DNA from: a virus
DNA length: 64,000 bases
Strand: one strand, 5' to 3'
IMG/VR virus record: IMGVR_UViG_3300046808_001035
The notes beneath the pieces were generated by a model. It saw only the letters and a list, made by a program, of their open reading frames with translations. It did not search any database and was not told the DNA's origin. A program made the position numbers and the translations under genes. Of the stretch, positions 20,301 through 29,741 are shown one piece after another (position 1 is the stretch's first letter; every line of letters begins with the position of its first letter).

Positions 20301-21029
20301 ATTAATTTTAGAGGCTGTGTCTGATCTGTTCTGGGCTACTTGGTTCTCAGTTAACCCTGTAGGAGCAACTTCGAGAGAGTCTATCTGCTTTTTAGACTCT
20401 GGTGAAAGTTTGCCGTCGGCCCCTCTGGTAACGTTGATGCCCATGCTCCTCAGGTACGCATCGTTTTCTTTGTTCTCTGCAAGATTTCTGATCCTGTTCT
20501 GAGTCTTTTTATTTATTTCCTCTCTCATGCCTCCAGGGCCTTCATAGCTCTGGGTTTTGTACATATTGTTCATCAGCGCCTCCATGGTACTCTCCGTCTC
20601 TTCGACGGTGGCACCGCTAGATCTGCCAAAATTACCCATAATGCTGGCTCCGCTGAGTCCTCCATATATCTGCATGGACGCAGCCATTGGATTTCCTCCT
20701 AGCGCAGGAGACAATAGTTTGCCCATTGCGCTGTCTGGCGAAGACATGGCCATCTGACTTAATATGTTGGCTACAGGGTTCTGGTTTAGCCCCATCCTCT
20801 TAAAGAGCATGTTGTTTGAGCCTTGCGAACGTTGAAGCTGTAAAAAGTGCTGAGATCTCTCGCGTTGGATCAGGGCGTCATACATGGTCTGCCCTGAGTC
20901 TCTAGAAGGCATGAGGTTCTGTCCGAACATCATGGACATCATGAAGTTCATCATAGGGTTACCAAAGTTTCTCCCCATGTGGGAGAATTCGGTATCTGCT
21001 TCATAGCCTGGAAATGACTGTACGGACAT
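17340..21029 (-). CDS. Tail tape measure protein
   Basis: 1229 aa, Ala/Gly/Lys/Glu-rich and helical; follows the frameshifted chaperone pair and precedes hub genes. Confidence 0.75.
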   Translation of the reverse strand: MSVQSFPGYEADTEFSHMGRNFGNPMMNFMMSMMFGQNLMPSRDSGQTMYDALIQRERSQHFLQLQRSQGSNNMLFKRMGLNQNPVANILSQMAMSSPDSAMGKLLSPALGGNPMAASMQIYGGLSGASIMGNFGRSSGATVEETESTMEALMNNMYKTQSYEGPGGMREEINKKTQNRIRNLAENKENDAYLRSMGINVTRGADGKLSPESKKQIDSLEVAPTGLTENQVAQNRSDTASKINSSLSSLLESSDKETSDALDKRVEEQLKAHGVATADQIKSARNSGDKATYANKIREYLDKYEVTGGDVKTPEAREARKGIVSSLQPELKDLAQASGLVERDQANAKLEAKLKETGIASSHIEKTKVGGIIVAAKAEDMLKKFEKGTLGQRSNKDQELENRINRRRTIASELSTEIDDVRNLDDKDKTKNDKIKALRKRMEKELNLSEDKAKEIFDEDRGMTSADGISSKGAGKAKEALRKHTELDDVEKGYEEAKAAQKAEKRYTGYKFENSMGFKLEDFTSAYVQSANLRMLGDSRGVSIAGKMADFSKNAGGTMDAARSLFGDKSGAELISKISEMTGSSVDLSTAKGNEAAEKLLRDVKATAHVAGVSINTMLSIIDATKELAASNPRLAGISSKATTTMAMNAVTKAADFGTGMTAKEYRQSGGNQAIAADEVSRTQAFMSSGLGRQLFGIMGLVEGLGTMTDENGVEYDPADKVREMIANKELTIDSFNTGEGFDKIIKATQGRVNRDQLVRSGQNEILVKAGRANESTALTVEGAADEMISDEFWKIAATRNLFKEDYYAKVAEERKKGDKGKTSEEILNTMVGQANFDDIVEGGGQALIATYGAGVARRGADAARDPEERARVQQKRDERAKADARISRVYAANYSPISQQMIGAIMEGKDFAESAQLMGGIFATRDYKKEETKAAVQKARDAGSAIIDISAKAQGSQSELKKRGIDKEMNKFIEGRKAEAEALGEDASYLSGNISMEEYEHEANYLRHVQGTSSAKEAKAKLKDLEANEKNLDDVGKKSLAALRTAKKAGHLDSDAALKLAKSGKLEGVAAATVQAQTDKNIERVKSEEKNRVLGNLGSDLQEKAGSDAEIKDALAFYEKQGLTGSAAIEKMYEDHQNPTKGVNNFFRDEKTGERRKLKQGSKLESALVEAEGNIAQAAQDIDKNKAKSEGGPNKELTDALNNLKDIIKGGGGIGDALSGLATALSTLK

Positions 21030-21034
21030 TGTGG

Positions 21035-21400
21035 TTATTTTGCTTCAGACGCTTTTTTAAACAATTCTTTCCACTCAGCCATTTCTTTTTTAAGTGCCTC
21101 AGGATCTTGTTTATTTTCTTTAATTGTATCTTTTGGGACGGCTGAAGGCAATTTCAATTCCGTGATCGCCCTGGAGGTGTCAAAAATAGGCTGCAGAATC
21201 TCTTTAGCCTTACTGGATAAAGAGCTGCGTAATATAGTCTCAACCAGTAGCCTGTTTTGTAGCAAGTCGACGACATGCTGCTCCTCAATGTATTCAAGGA
21301 TTATTTCTTCTCGAATACGAGAGTATCTATTAGGATAATCAAACTTAAGCCAGCCGCGTAAGTAGCCTTCTTTAAGACTTCTTATGCGCTGGCTTTCCAA
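21035..21400 (-). CDS. Tail assembly chaperone, second (-1 frame) part of a G/GT-type fusion
   Basis: Only a TTG start; overlaps the upstream ORF and is entered by a -1 slip at A-AAT-TTT. Confidence 0.65.
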   Translation of the reverse strand: MESQRIRSLKEGYLRGWLKFDYPNRYSRIREEIILEYIEEQHVVDLLQNRLLVETILRSSLSSKAKEILQPIFDTSRAITELKLPSAVPKDTIKENKQDPEALKKEMAEWKELFKKASEAK

Positions 21401-21897
21401 AAATTTGGAGTTTGTACCTCTCCTGTGAGTTTGATCAGCTTCGATTCAAACTTTTTGAACGCGTCGATAAAAACCGCAAGTCTTGCAGTAGACCAGGAGC
21501 GCATGCTTTTGCAGCGGGCAAGAATATATGTATCGTTCTCTGTGAACGGTACGAACGTATCTTTGGTCAATGTACAGTACGGATTATCGTCGATAGTTAA
21601 CAAACAGACGCCTAGACGGTATGTCGTAACTGTAATGAAATAGGCGTCAGTGTCTGCAGCCACGCCAGCTTTCCTATCTGCAACGATCTGATTAACGACA
21701 TCAGTGTTTTCTTGTACAGTCATTGCTCTAAACCTAACCTTGATCTGGTCATCGAAAAGAGAAACAACCTCTTCATAAGGCTTGTCCGCAAGAATACTCT
21801 TGAAGAAGCGCTCTTTGTCCTCAGGAGAAATATCGGTTACTGGCAATGGAGACTGATCTAATTCAATAGATGGATTGATTAATGGTTGGTCATTCAT
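21382..21897 (-). CDS. Tail assembly chaperone (gpG-like)
   Basis: 171 aa, IKVRFRAMTVQE motif; position before tape measure; slippery site at its 3' end. Confidence 0.65.
   Translation of the reverse strand: MNDQPLINPSIELDQSPLPVTDISPEDKERFFKSILADKPYEEVVSLFDDQIKVRFRAMTVQENTDVVNQIVADRKAGVAADTDAYFITVTTYRLGVCLLTIDDNPYCTLTKDTFVPFTENDTYILARCKSMRSWSTARLAVFIDAFKKFESKLIKLTGEVQTPNFWKASA
21400..21406 (-). other. -1 programmed ribosomal frameshift heptamer A AAT TTT
   Basis: Frame 0: CCA AAT TTT TGG AAA GCC AGC GCA TAA. -1 frame continues TTG GAA AGC CAG (LESQ...) into the next ORF. Fits X XXY YYZ. Confidence 0.7.
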
Positions 21898-21902
21898 AGT
21901 TG

Positions 21903-24245
21903 TTATATTTGTACTTTATAGCTAAACAGCGACTCTAGCTTAATTTCTCCTGGTTTATTATCAGGAGAAGGCATGTTTGTATAGTCTTTACTAACTTCTT
22001 TTTTCTCTAAATTAACTATACCTTCGGAAGCGCAATAGAACTCAGGGAACATTTCTGCTCCTGGGTATGGTAGTGTTGAGTTAACTTCTTTCTCTTCCCA
22101 CTCAGTTAAGTTATAAAGCTCTGTGACTTGAGCGTCTTGCTGAGCTATAGTCATGGGTATAGCGTCCTGCTCTTTAGACACTTTATATTTGTTAGACTTC
22201 AAAAACTTAAAAGTAAGTGCGTCGAAATTAGCTTCAAACTCGAAGGTGGTTTTATTTATAATGTCTTGCTTGTCTTCTTTGGCTTTTCCTAAAGAAGTAG
22301 TCAGCGTTGCAGTATCTAAAACTCCTTTAATGACGTCAACAAAAGTGCTCTTCTCGTCGTACTTAACTCCAAGGTTCTGGTCTTTCTGTCCAAGTACTGT
22401 AGATCCTGCGCCAGCCATCATGGCTCCTCCTTCAGCAATAACGAGAGTATTCTGCGCCATACCTAAGAGCATTCCGTCCGAGAAAAGATGGAGATTCTGC
22501 TTCCCGTATACAGTGGCTGTTTGATTTGCCACAACATCTATCGTGCCTATGGACTGTAGTAATAGCTGTCTCTTGGTATAGTCTAGAATGTCGTTTTCTG
22601 CGTAACGATAAATACTCAGCTTAGATTTGAGTACGATACCTCCTACATAGTCAATAGCCTCCTCAATAGGACTGGGGCTTCCTGGGGTATCTTGAGAGCC
22701 GTTAGCTTCAACTACAACGCCTCCGTTGTCAGAATAGAAGTACTGCGACTTGTCTGTTTTAATCCGTAGGCCTTCATCGGAAGAAGAAAGATCTAAATGA
22801 TATTTACAGGCCATGTTGATGAACCCGCCCGCCTTAACTACAGTATTCCGGAGGGGCTGCATCACCAGGTCTTTTGCTGGCTGAATATAGATGTTCCCTC
22901 CCTCCATTACTATAGAGGAATTCCAGGTATCTCGAATGGTTATGCCTCCGTTAGGCATTAAATATATTCCTGCAGTTTTTAGCTGGTACTGGTTAACAGT
23001 AGATGTCGTTTCCTGGTCCACTTTACCAAACTTACCCACATGCTCTTCCTTATCCACATCCTTGCTCACAAAAAAGTCTTTTTCGTGAGTGCTGAAGTTT
23101 TGGTAGTTTTCTTTTTCGTTGATGTACGCTAGGTAATCTCTTATCTGCAGCGCGTAGGCAAAAGGATTACCTTTGTAATTAAAATCTCTGTTAAACTCAA
23201 AAGGTTTTTTCGGTGTATAGTCTAGCTTTTGAGCATCATCACCTTCAGGATCATCCGGAGCGTATTGCCTGACAGGTACGCGTATCCAGTTGGTTTTTTC
23301 TATGAAAACCTCCTTAACACTACGCATATGCATTCCGCCGTCGGTACCTACATGCAAGTTCCATAAACCTGTCTCTGTGGTTTCTTCTTTAACGTCGCCA
23401 TTCAGTACTCTAGGAGATTCAGGATTAGGTCTTACTAGGAACAACTGGAGGAAGTCTCCAACGCTACCTAGGAACATCTTGAACCTTTCGACAGCCTTCA
23501 TGCGCTCGTCTTGCACGAGTTCATAAAAGTCATCAGAGTCGTCGGGTTTGTGCTTACCTGTTTTGTCAAACGTTTTAAGACTTCCTTTATCGGATTCTAC
23601 GGCAGGGCTACCATAAGACTCGGCTACTTTGTGTGTTGCTCCAAACTCAGCCATCAAGCGCTTACCGTCATGGTAGATATTGTATTCTCCTAGAGCTGTG
23701 TAGTGTTGAAAATTGTGGCTTATAATTCTTACGAGATCGTCTAGTAAAAAGCACTGTACTTGTGCTAGCTCAGAAGCTTTTAAGACAGCCAACTGCTGAT
23801 ACAAACCTAAAAGTACGCCTAATTCGTTGCCTACGCTATACTCACCATCAACAAGGTCGGTAGGTCTACGTAGATCGCACATCGAGCGTAAGTGCGCTTC
23901 GTGACCTATCCTGTTTGCTTTGTCGTCTAGAGCACAGCCTTGTCCTAGTGTTGATCTAGAAGGCATGGCTTCTACCTCAAGAGAAGCTTGCGGAATTGAC
24001 CCTATAACAAAGCAACTTATAGCTGAATCTTCGACACACAGTACTCGTGCGCCTGGCTGAGGAAGCGTGCAGTCTTTAAACCCTAAAAAAGAAGACACTA
24101 CACTAGCTACAACGACACCCTCGATCAAGTTGCCCATTTCCCCTGTATTAGATGAGCCGTAGGACTCTCTGGCAACGACAACAGCTCTTGAACCAGCTTT
24201 TGAGGTAATAACTACCCCGGTAAATATATTTCTAGGTTGACTCAT
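21903..24245 (-). CDS. Baseplate central spike, gp5/VgrG-like (OB-fold plus beta-helix)
   Basis: N-terminal GVVI...LPQPGARVL...CFVIG OB-fold pattern; GGITIRDTWNSSIVMEGGNIYI beta-strand repeats. Confidence 0.6.
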   Translation of the reverse strand: MSQPRNIFTGVVITSKAGSRAVVVARESYGSSNTGEMGNLIEGVVVASVVSSFLGFKDCTLPQPGARVLCVEDSAISCFVIGSIPQASLEVEAMPSRSTLGQGCALDDKANRIGHEAHLRSMCDLRRPTDLVDGEYSVGNELGVLLGLYQQLAVLKASELAQVQCFLLDDLVRIISHNFQHYTALGEYNIYHDGKRLMAEFGATHKVAESYGSPAVESDKGSLKTFDKTGKHKPDDSDDFYELVQDERMKAVERFKMFLGSVGDFLQLFLVRPNPESPRVLNGDVKEETTETGLWNLHVGTDGGMHMRSVKEVFIEKTNWIRVPVRQYAPDDPEGDDAQKLDYTPKKPFEFNRDFNYKGNPFAYALQIRDYLAYINEKENYQNFSTHEKDFFVSKDVDKEEHVGKFGKVDQETTSTVNQYQLKTAGIYLMPNGGITIRDTWNSSIVMEGGNIYIQPAKDLVMQPLRNTVVKAGGFINMACKYHLDLSSSDEGLRIKTDKSQYFYSDNGGVVVEANGSQDTPGSPSPIEEAIDYVGGIVLKSKLSIYRYAENDILDYTKRQLLLQSIGTIDVVANQTATVYGKQNLHLFSDGMLLGMAQNTLVIAEGGAMMAGAGSTVLGQKDQNLGVKYDEKSTFVDVIKGVLDTATLTTSLGKAKEDKQDIINKTTFEFEANFDALTFKFLKSNKYKVSKEQDAIPMTIAQQDAQVTELYNLTEWEEKEVNSTLPYPGAEMFPEFYCASEGIVNLEKKEVSKDYTNMPSPDNKPGEIKLESLFSYKVQI

Positions 24246-24283
24246 AATAAAGGCCTCAGTCTCACTATAGAAGACTGAGGCCT
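24246..24283 (-). terminator. Intrinsic terminator-like hairpin after the tail tube gene
   Basis: Perfect 12-bp stem AGGCCTCAGTCT / AGACTGAGGCCT, 9-nt loop, followed by TTATT on the minus strand. Confidence 0.65.
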
Positions 24284-24313
24284 ATTAGCAAGCAGATATT
24301 TAGGGTAGCAAGA

Positions 24314-24724
24314 CTAACTTAAGGAGACGAAATCAATCACCACGTTCTCCATAACAGTCATCCCGTCTGTTTCTGCGGTGATTGTGTACTGAGACACAAC
24401 GCAACCTGTTGCTGTAACTCCTCCGCCACCAGAAGCGCAGCTACCTGCATTAAATGTTATTGTAGTTGGTGTACAAGCCTGAAAGCCTGCAGCGCCCTTC
24501 ACAAGACTGCCAATAACCAACTTCTGGATATTGATCTGTCCTGTGGGTTGGCTGGCCCATACGATAGCTCCACCATTACCCATGGAGCGGCGCTTGTTAA
24601 TTTGCTGGTTGTAACTAATACTTACCTGTACGGCCCCAGCAACACTACCTCCCCAGCCAATAGTACTCTTATCGGCTGTTGCTGGCGTACTTACATTTGA
24701 GCTAAATCCATAAATATCTGACAT
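24314..24724 (-). CDS. Tail tube protein
   Basis: 136 aa downstream of sheath; QVSISYNQQI.R...G....VW....TGQINIQKL and GCVVSQYTITAETDGMTVMENVVIDFVSL tube-fold pattern; own promoter and terminator. Confidence 0.75.
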   Translation of the reverse strand: MSDIYGFSSNVSTPATADKSTIGWGGSVAGAVQVSISYNQQINKRRSMGNGGAIVWASQPTGQINIQKLVIGSLVKGAAGFQACTPTTITFNAGSCASGGGGVTATGCVVSQYTITAETDGMTVMENVVIDFVSLS

Positions 24725-24766
24725 AGTGTTATAATGGTTAGTTGTTTATCTTGTTATCTATCTTTA

Positions 24767-24795
24767 ATTTTACCTTACCGAACGAAGAAATACAA
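24767..24795 (-). promoter_or_regulatory. sigma70-like promoter TTGTAT-17-TAAAAT (tube gene)
   Basis: Consensus-like boxes with 17-nt spacer in the intergenic gap. Confidence 0.7.
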
Positions 24796-24801
24796 TAAAA
24801 T

Positions 24802-25005
24802 TTACTTTAATAAACCTAGCGCTCTAGCAACATCTTCAAAATTAGTATCTTCTCCCTTCGTATATCTCACCCAACCTTTGCCTTCAGCAATCATTCGATA
24901 TATCACGTTAGGTTTTCCGTCGTCCGAGTAAATTAGTAGTGCGGTAGCTTTATCTGTCGACAGTAATACAGGCTCTCTAAAATCACCTACAACAACAACA
25001 CGCAT
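24802..25005 (-). CDS. Hypothetical protein
   Basis: 67-aa ORF with ATG, packed in the operon. Confidence 0.6.
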   Translation of the reverse strand: MRVVVVGDFREPVLLSTDKATALLIYSDDGKPNVIYRMIAEGKGWVRYTKGEDTNFEDVARALGLLK

Positions 25006-25007
25006 AG

Positions 25008-25259
25008 TTATAATTGAATTCTATGTTTGGCGGCACTCATGTGCTTATCTATGAAGTCTTGTTTTAGCATTTCTTTTAAGGCTTCTAGGTCTGCGGGCAA
25101 AACTTGCTCGTCTTCGTTTTCTTCTGAATCTGGTAAACGCTTAAACAACTGGTGCTCGTGATCCTGCAAATATGCGCTTTTCAGGATACGGGACGCTTCT
25201 TGTGCAGTCATCCCGTATTCCTGAGCAGCAGATAAGAACCCTAATTCAAAGCCAGTCAT
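25008..25259 (-). CDS. Small putative virion protein with GF-helix motif
   Basis: 83 aa; FELGFLSAAQEYGM then ILKSA. Confidence 0.55.
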   Translation of the reverse strand: MTGFELGFLSAAQEYGMTAQEASRILKSAYLQDHEHQLFKRLPDSEENEDEQVLPADLEALKEMLKQDFIDKHMSAAKHRIQL

Positions 25260-25261
25260 AT

Positions 25262-28153
25262 CTAGCCTACAAGCAATCTGAGATTGATGTAGTTCAACGG
25301 ATACGGCACATGCAGTCTGACTTCAACATCCACTCTATCTTTGTAGGTGGCGTTTTGTTCAATTCTGACGATGTCATCCTTCTCTACGAAGCTAACCAGC
25401 TGATTACCTGCGCGAGCGACATACGTATCGTTAGCTCTAAACCTAAGTTGAGCTGCGATAGCATAGCGGATTTCGAGGATGTTCTCAGGGTTGACGTTGT
25501 ACCTACCGATGAACGGAGCAAGTACGTCTTTTAGCGCGTAGCTGATAGAATCTACGTTAGTAGTGATAGAGTCTTCCGAGGTGTTCAAGCTACGTTCATC
25601 AGTTGTGAGCTGATGTCTGACATAAGGGGTAGCGCCAACCACTTCCTGAGTGATAAGCCAGATACCTTTCTCAGCCATTAAGTCTAGCTCGCTCTGAGAG
25701 AATTCAAGAACAACCTTACTCAAGTCTGTAGCTCCCAGGAATTCTGAGTTTGTTAATCCTTGGTGAGGGACAACTCCAGATCTAAGCCCTGCAAGTCCTG
25801 CCGCAGCAATATAACCTTGCTTAGTCACAGAGACTTCGCCCAAGGCTGCGTTACCGTACTTGTAGGTATCAGGGAAAACAACACGCACGCGACGGTTGTT
25901 GTAATTTCCGCCAATAGCTGCAATGTTTGCGGCTCTTTCAGACCTTGTGTAGTTCCTAACAACCTGAATCTTAGTCTTAGCCGCTGCAGGGATTTCTCTG
26001 CTAAGTTTGGTAGTGATCAGTAACTGAGTGTTTGTACGTACACGGTCTACAACATATTCGTCATAAACATGCTCACCATCAGCATTAAGTCTAAAATTAA
26101 TTCTGATTGTGTCGTTGGGACGGATACCATCGTCAATAAACTTAGCTCCTTCAACAGTAACTAAGTTAATCTGAGTTCCGCTAACTGCAGTGTTGTCTGT
26201 AATTGTTGCGTAGTAAGAATCTCCATTTTCGTCGAGGTCATACATGAGCTTGGTCTTCTGATCTGGAACAGAGAGCCAGGCAATTCTCCAGCGGCCAACA
26301 TCAGGAGTGCTGTAAGCATTAACATGAGCCACTACAGCATCTTGAATTGTGCGGTCAAATGTTAGAGGTACAAAACTGTACACTTTATCGCTCTTCTCTG
26401 AAATTTGAATAGCTTCCGCGTATCCAGCGAGGTCATCTGTCTGCACACCGATAAAGTAAACTTGCATGTTTTGCGCGTTTAATACAGCGTCATAAACTCC
26501 TTGAGCGAGAGGATTGTCTGGGTGTACTGTTCCGAGTTTCTCTGTTATCGAGGCTAAATCTCTAACTGAATCGATTGCGCTGCTTGTGCCTTGCAAGAGA
26601 TCTCTATGCTCAACGAATAACTTGGCGGCTAAAACAGGAAGTCTCGCTGGTTCTGAGGAAGAAGCAAGGAGGCTGTTATTATATGTGGTTATATCGCTGT
26701 TAATAGTGATATGCGCGTCTTCTTGTGTCCAATTCCTGGCGTCTGTGGATATATCTTTAATGGCAGGAATCTGGATAGACTTCTGGGTAAGAGATAGAGA
26801 AGCATTAAGCTCTACTAAAGGGTCAAACATCGCTGTCGGCAGAGATTCAGAAAGTTCTACAATACTATAAGGTCCGAAGGATTCTGCGACTACAGGAACG
26901 TAGTAGGTATTTCCAGCGATAAGATAATCTCCTGACACACCTGCAGTGAACCTTGCCTTAGCTCCAAGGCTGCCTAAGTTAAAATATTCATTTTTCTTAG
27001 GCAGGATAATCGAGGAGGTGTCTATGTCTGAGGCTTTAATAAGCAGTTTTGCACAGGTGTCTGCATTATTCTGTGCAGGATCGTAGAACAATCCTCCGCG
27101 AGTAACGGTAATCGTATAAGTTTGACTGACTGAACCTGTATAGTCGCCGTCTGTATCTGGTAGCGCCGCCGAAATGGGTGCCCTGAAATTTGGTATCGTC
27201 CAGATAGTTCCGACTACAAGAGCAGCGCTGTCAGTATCGAACTCAAGTTTAACTTCACAACCATCTTCGTCGTCGATAACTAAAGTGTAGACTGTACCTG
27301 TAGAAGGAAGGGTGAACTTTACTCCGGTCTTTGTAGTGAAAGCTGAACTGGCTGAAGAAATGGAGAATTCCCAGTCTTCAGGGTCGTGACCTGCTCTAGT
27401 GGATGTAACGGTATATGTGTCACTAAAAATACCTAAAGACGAATGCCCTTTGTATGCGGTAGACTCATTGGTCACAATCACTGTAGACCCAGACGCTCCA
27501 GATGGTACAGGAGTAGCTGCGTAGTATTCGTTGGTCGGTGCAGGGTTGGAGCTGTCGGCTGTGGCGTCATCCACAACTGAAGCGTAGTCATTTGAAATCA
27601 AACTATTTTCAGGCAGAATTGCTTTAACTTTGGCTTTAACGGAAACGGGGTTAGCACCTGAGGTAGAAACTTCGATGATGTCGCCGACAGTAACATCACG
27701 ATTAGAGAAAAAATTTGAGCGAGACTCGCCATTACCTGTCTTGAGTATAGCATTCTTAAAGCGGACTTGGTTCGTGCTATTCTCTCCTGACTCAGTCGGC
27801 ACCAATGCGACGTCATTTTGTGTAGGTAAGTTACTGTTTAACTCAGCATTCGGGAAATACTGAGCCTCAACAGCTTCAGCATAAACTTTAGTGTAACTAT
27901 GGTCTACGTTTCCACCTGCAGGGACGTTAGGGAAGTCGTACGTTGTGTCTGCATCGGAGATATACGCGTTACCAGTGGCTAAGGCTCCACCATTGTAGGT
28001 TCCTAGGGCCGTGAACGGTCTTTCAGCGTCTACACTGTATCTGGTTAGTGCGTAGTTAGGTCCGATAATGAACGCAGGTAACGGATATTCTCTATATACA
28101 GGGAGCTGTAAAAATTCCTGCTGAATCTTAACTCTAGGTGTGATGTATGCCAT
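25262..28153 (-). CDS. Contractile tail sheath protein
   Basis: N-terminus MAYITPRVKIQQEF; AAAGLAGLRSGVVPHQGLTN; FSQSELDLMAEKGIWLI; VRHQLTTD; C-terminus DRVDVEVRLHVPYPLNYINLRL. Confidence 0.9.
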   Translation of the reverse strand: MAYITPRVKIQQEFLQLPVYREYPLPAFIIGPNYALTRYSVDAERPFTALGTYNGGALATGNAYISDADTTYDFPNVPAGGNVDHSYTKVYAEAVEAQYFPNAELNSNLPTQNDVALVPTESGENSTNQVRFKNAILKTGNGESRSNFFSNRDVTVGDIIEVSTSGANPVSVKAKVKAILPENSLISNDYASVVDDATADSSNPAPTNEYYAATPVPSGASGSTVIVTNESTAYKGHSSLGIFSDTYTVTSTRAGHDPEDWEFSISSASSAFTTKTGVKFTLPSTGTVYTLVIDDEDGCEVKLEFDTDSAALVVGTIWTIPNFRAPISAALPDTDGDYTGSVSQTYTITVTRGGLFYDPAQNNADTCAKLLIKASDIDTSSIILPKKNEYFNLGSLGAKARFTAGVSGDYLIAGNTYYVPVVAESFGPYSIVELSESLPTAMFDPLVELNASLSLTQKSIQIPAIKDISTDARNWTQEDAHITINSDITTYNNSLLASSSEPARLPVLAAKLFVEHRDLLQGTSSAIDSVRDLASITEKLGTVHPDNPLAQGVYDAVLNAQNMQVYFIGVQTDDLAGYAEAIQISEKSDKVYSFVPLTFDRTIQDAVVAHVNAYSTPDVGRWRIAWLSVPDQKTKLMYDLDENGDSYYATITDNTAVSGTQINLVTVEGAKFIDDGIRPNDTIRINFRLNADGEHVYDEYVVDRVRTNTQLLITTKLSREIPAAAKTKIQVVRNYTRSERAANIAAIGGNYNNRRVRVVFPDTYKYGNAALGEVSVTKQGYIAAAGLAGLRSGVVPHQGLTNSEFLGATDLSKVVLEFSQSELDLMAEKGIWLITQEVVGATPYVRHQLTTDERSLNTSEDSITTNVDSISYALKDVLAPFIGRYNVNPENILEIRYAIAAQLRFRANDTYVARAGNQLVSFVEKDDIVRIEQNATYKDRVDVEVRLHVPYPLNYINLRLLVG

Positions 28154-28190
28154 AATGTTTGTGGTGTAGATTGCTGAGCTATATTTAACA

Positions 28191-28219
28191 ATATTAATTT
28201 AAAATACCTACCGGAGCAA
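28191..28219 (-). promoter_or_regulatory. sigma70-like promoter TTGCTC-17-TAATAT (sheath gene)
   Basis: Intergenic boxes with 17-nt spacer. Confidence 0.6.
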
Positions 28220-28225
28220 CACTTT

Positions 28226-28909
28226 TTATTGTTGTTCTAAAGGTTGTTCTGCAAAATTAGTGTACACTGTGTAGGCTACAGTTTTTAGTCTCAAGTCGTC
28301 GCGCTTAATTGTTGCTCCCATGTCGAAAGTAGCTAGTAACTGTATCTGTACAGCAAAGTGGTCTTTGCTTTCTAAGTATAGCGAAGGAGGCGTCATACCT
28401 ACAAGTTTAAATTGTCTTAAGCAAAAGTCGTTTTTAATGACTTCCTGATACCTGAGAAATATTTTGAATATGTACTCGGCTAATTGCTCTGTGAATCCTA
28501 CGTTAGTAGCGACCACAGTCAATATTATAGGCATATCTAGCATCGCAAACCTAGTCTTTTCAGAATCTCTAGGATTTAACGCAGTGACCTGATTAATGGT
28601 CGGGAACTTAAAATTAATTTCGCCTCTAGATACAAATATCGCAGGTCTTTTCTGTACGACTACGTCTTTATAGTGATAAGCAATTTCAAGAGCTATGCCT
28701 GTCTTGAGTTCGTCTGGGTCATACGTTTGCGTGAATCTGTAACCCTCTTTCTGTGGAGAGTTTTCAGTCATGTAATTTTTAATTACCTCATAGCAAATAT
28801 TTTGCACTGTCCATGGGGTAAGAATAATTTCTTTAACGTCTTTCTCTTCTGTCTCACGGACATAAGGAGAAACGTAAACAACTGGAGGTTTGCTTTCGCT
28901 TTCGTGCAT
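28226..28909 (-). CDS. Tail terminator/completion protein (gp15-like)
   Basis: 227 aa, QKRPAIFVSRG motif; canonical position just upstream of sheath. Confidence 0.6.
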   Translation of the reverse strand: MHESESKPPVVYVSPYVRETEEKDVKEIILTPWTVQNICYEVIKNYMTENSPQKEGYRFTQTYDPDELKTGIALEIAYHYKDVVVQKRPAIFVSRGEINFKFPTINQVTALNPRDSEKTRFAMLDMPIILTVVATNVGFTEQLAEYIFKIFLRYQEVIKNDFCLRQFKLVGMTPPSLYLESKDHFAVQIQLLATFDMGATIKRDDLRLKTVAYTVYTNFAEQPLEQQ

Positions 28910-28911
28910 AA

Positions 28912-29736
28912 CTAGAGAGCGACAGGGATAGCTATAGAGTATACCGTGTCAGTAGAGGGAATTAGGTTCATTGAAGCTTTCTGAGTCAGAGTGATATTCG
29001 TACCTGGGAACTGCTTTGCTCCTTTTGACTGTATGCTATAGCGCGCACCGTCTTTGGCAGAGCAAATCACGTCTCTGACCTCAACAATTGGATACCCTGG
29101 AAGTCTCACTATCGTTGTAAATGTCTCTTTTACGCCGACTCCTTGAGGGTCGAGCTGTTTGTCTTGTTGTGAGCTCTCTATATAATACGTGCAGGGAACA
29201 GGAGCATAAAACCCTTCGTCAATACCTACACCATAATCCTCATGGGCCGTGTCTGTTATAGGTACACCACTTACAGGGTCTACGTTTTGGTAAGCTACTG
29301 TTTTAGTTTTAGAGCCGAAGATTTTACGCTTAAGTAGCCAGGCCTCATTGCCTGCGTAGCGACAAACAGTGATCTCTTTTCTGATCACTTCAGCAGCCAT
29401 TGCGTATTTACGGTGCTCTTGTCGTGTAGCGCTAAAAAGTGTTGGAAGTGACCTATACATTCTGTTATCTGCGGTCTGCAAAGTGATTCTATAGGCATAA
29501 TAGGGTGACCACGACTGGCGGATCTTGAAGTCGTCCACAGCAAAGAATACTTCACCAAGATTAAGTTTGCTTGCGGCCACTTCTGAAAAGTCTATAGCCT
29601 CAGAAATCTCTAGACTGAAATTGTATGGTCTAGTACCTTTAAAAAAAGGGTCTAGCTCCCATTGAATAAAATGGCCGTTAACCCAGTCAGGGATAACATT
29701 TATTTTTCTAAAAACCTTATTAGCTTCGCCGATCAT
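28912..29736 (-). CDS. Neck/head-closure protein
   Basis: 274 aa; WLLKRKIFG, YGVGIDEGFYAP, YPIVEVRDVI motifs; position between capsid and sheath. Confidence 0.55.
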   Translation of the reverse strand: MIGEANKVFRKINVIPDWVNGHFIQWELDPFFKGTRPYNFSLEISEAIDFSEVAASKLNLGEVFFAVDDFKIRQSWSPYYAYRITLQTADNRMYRSLPTLFSATRQEHRKYAMAAEVIRKEITVCRYAGNEAWLLKRKIFGSKTKTVAYQNVDPVSGVPITDTAHEDYGVGIDEGFYAPVPCTYYIESSQQDKQLDPQGVGVKETFTTIVRLPGYPIVEVRDVICSAKDGARYSIQSKGAKQFPGTNITLTQKASMNLIPSTDTVYSIAIPVAL

Positions 29737-29741
29737 AAAGG

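Noticed and set aside
5732..28909. Extracellular contractile injection system or tailocin
   Set aside because: Capsid, prohead protease, neck and RNAP genes are contiguous with the tail genes, so this is a phage
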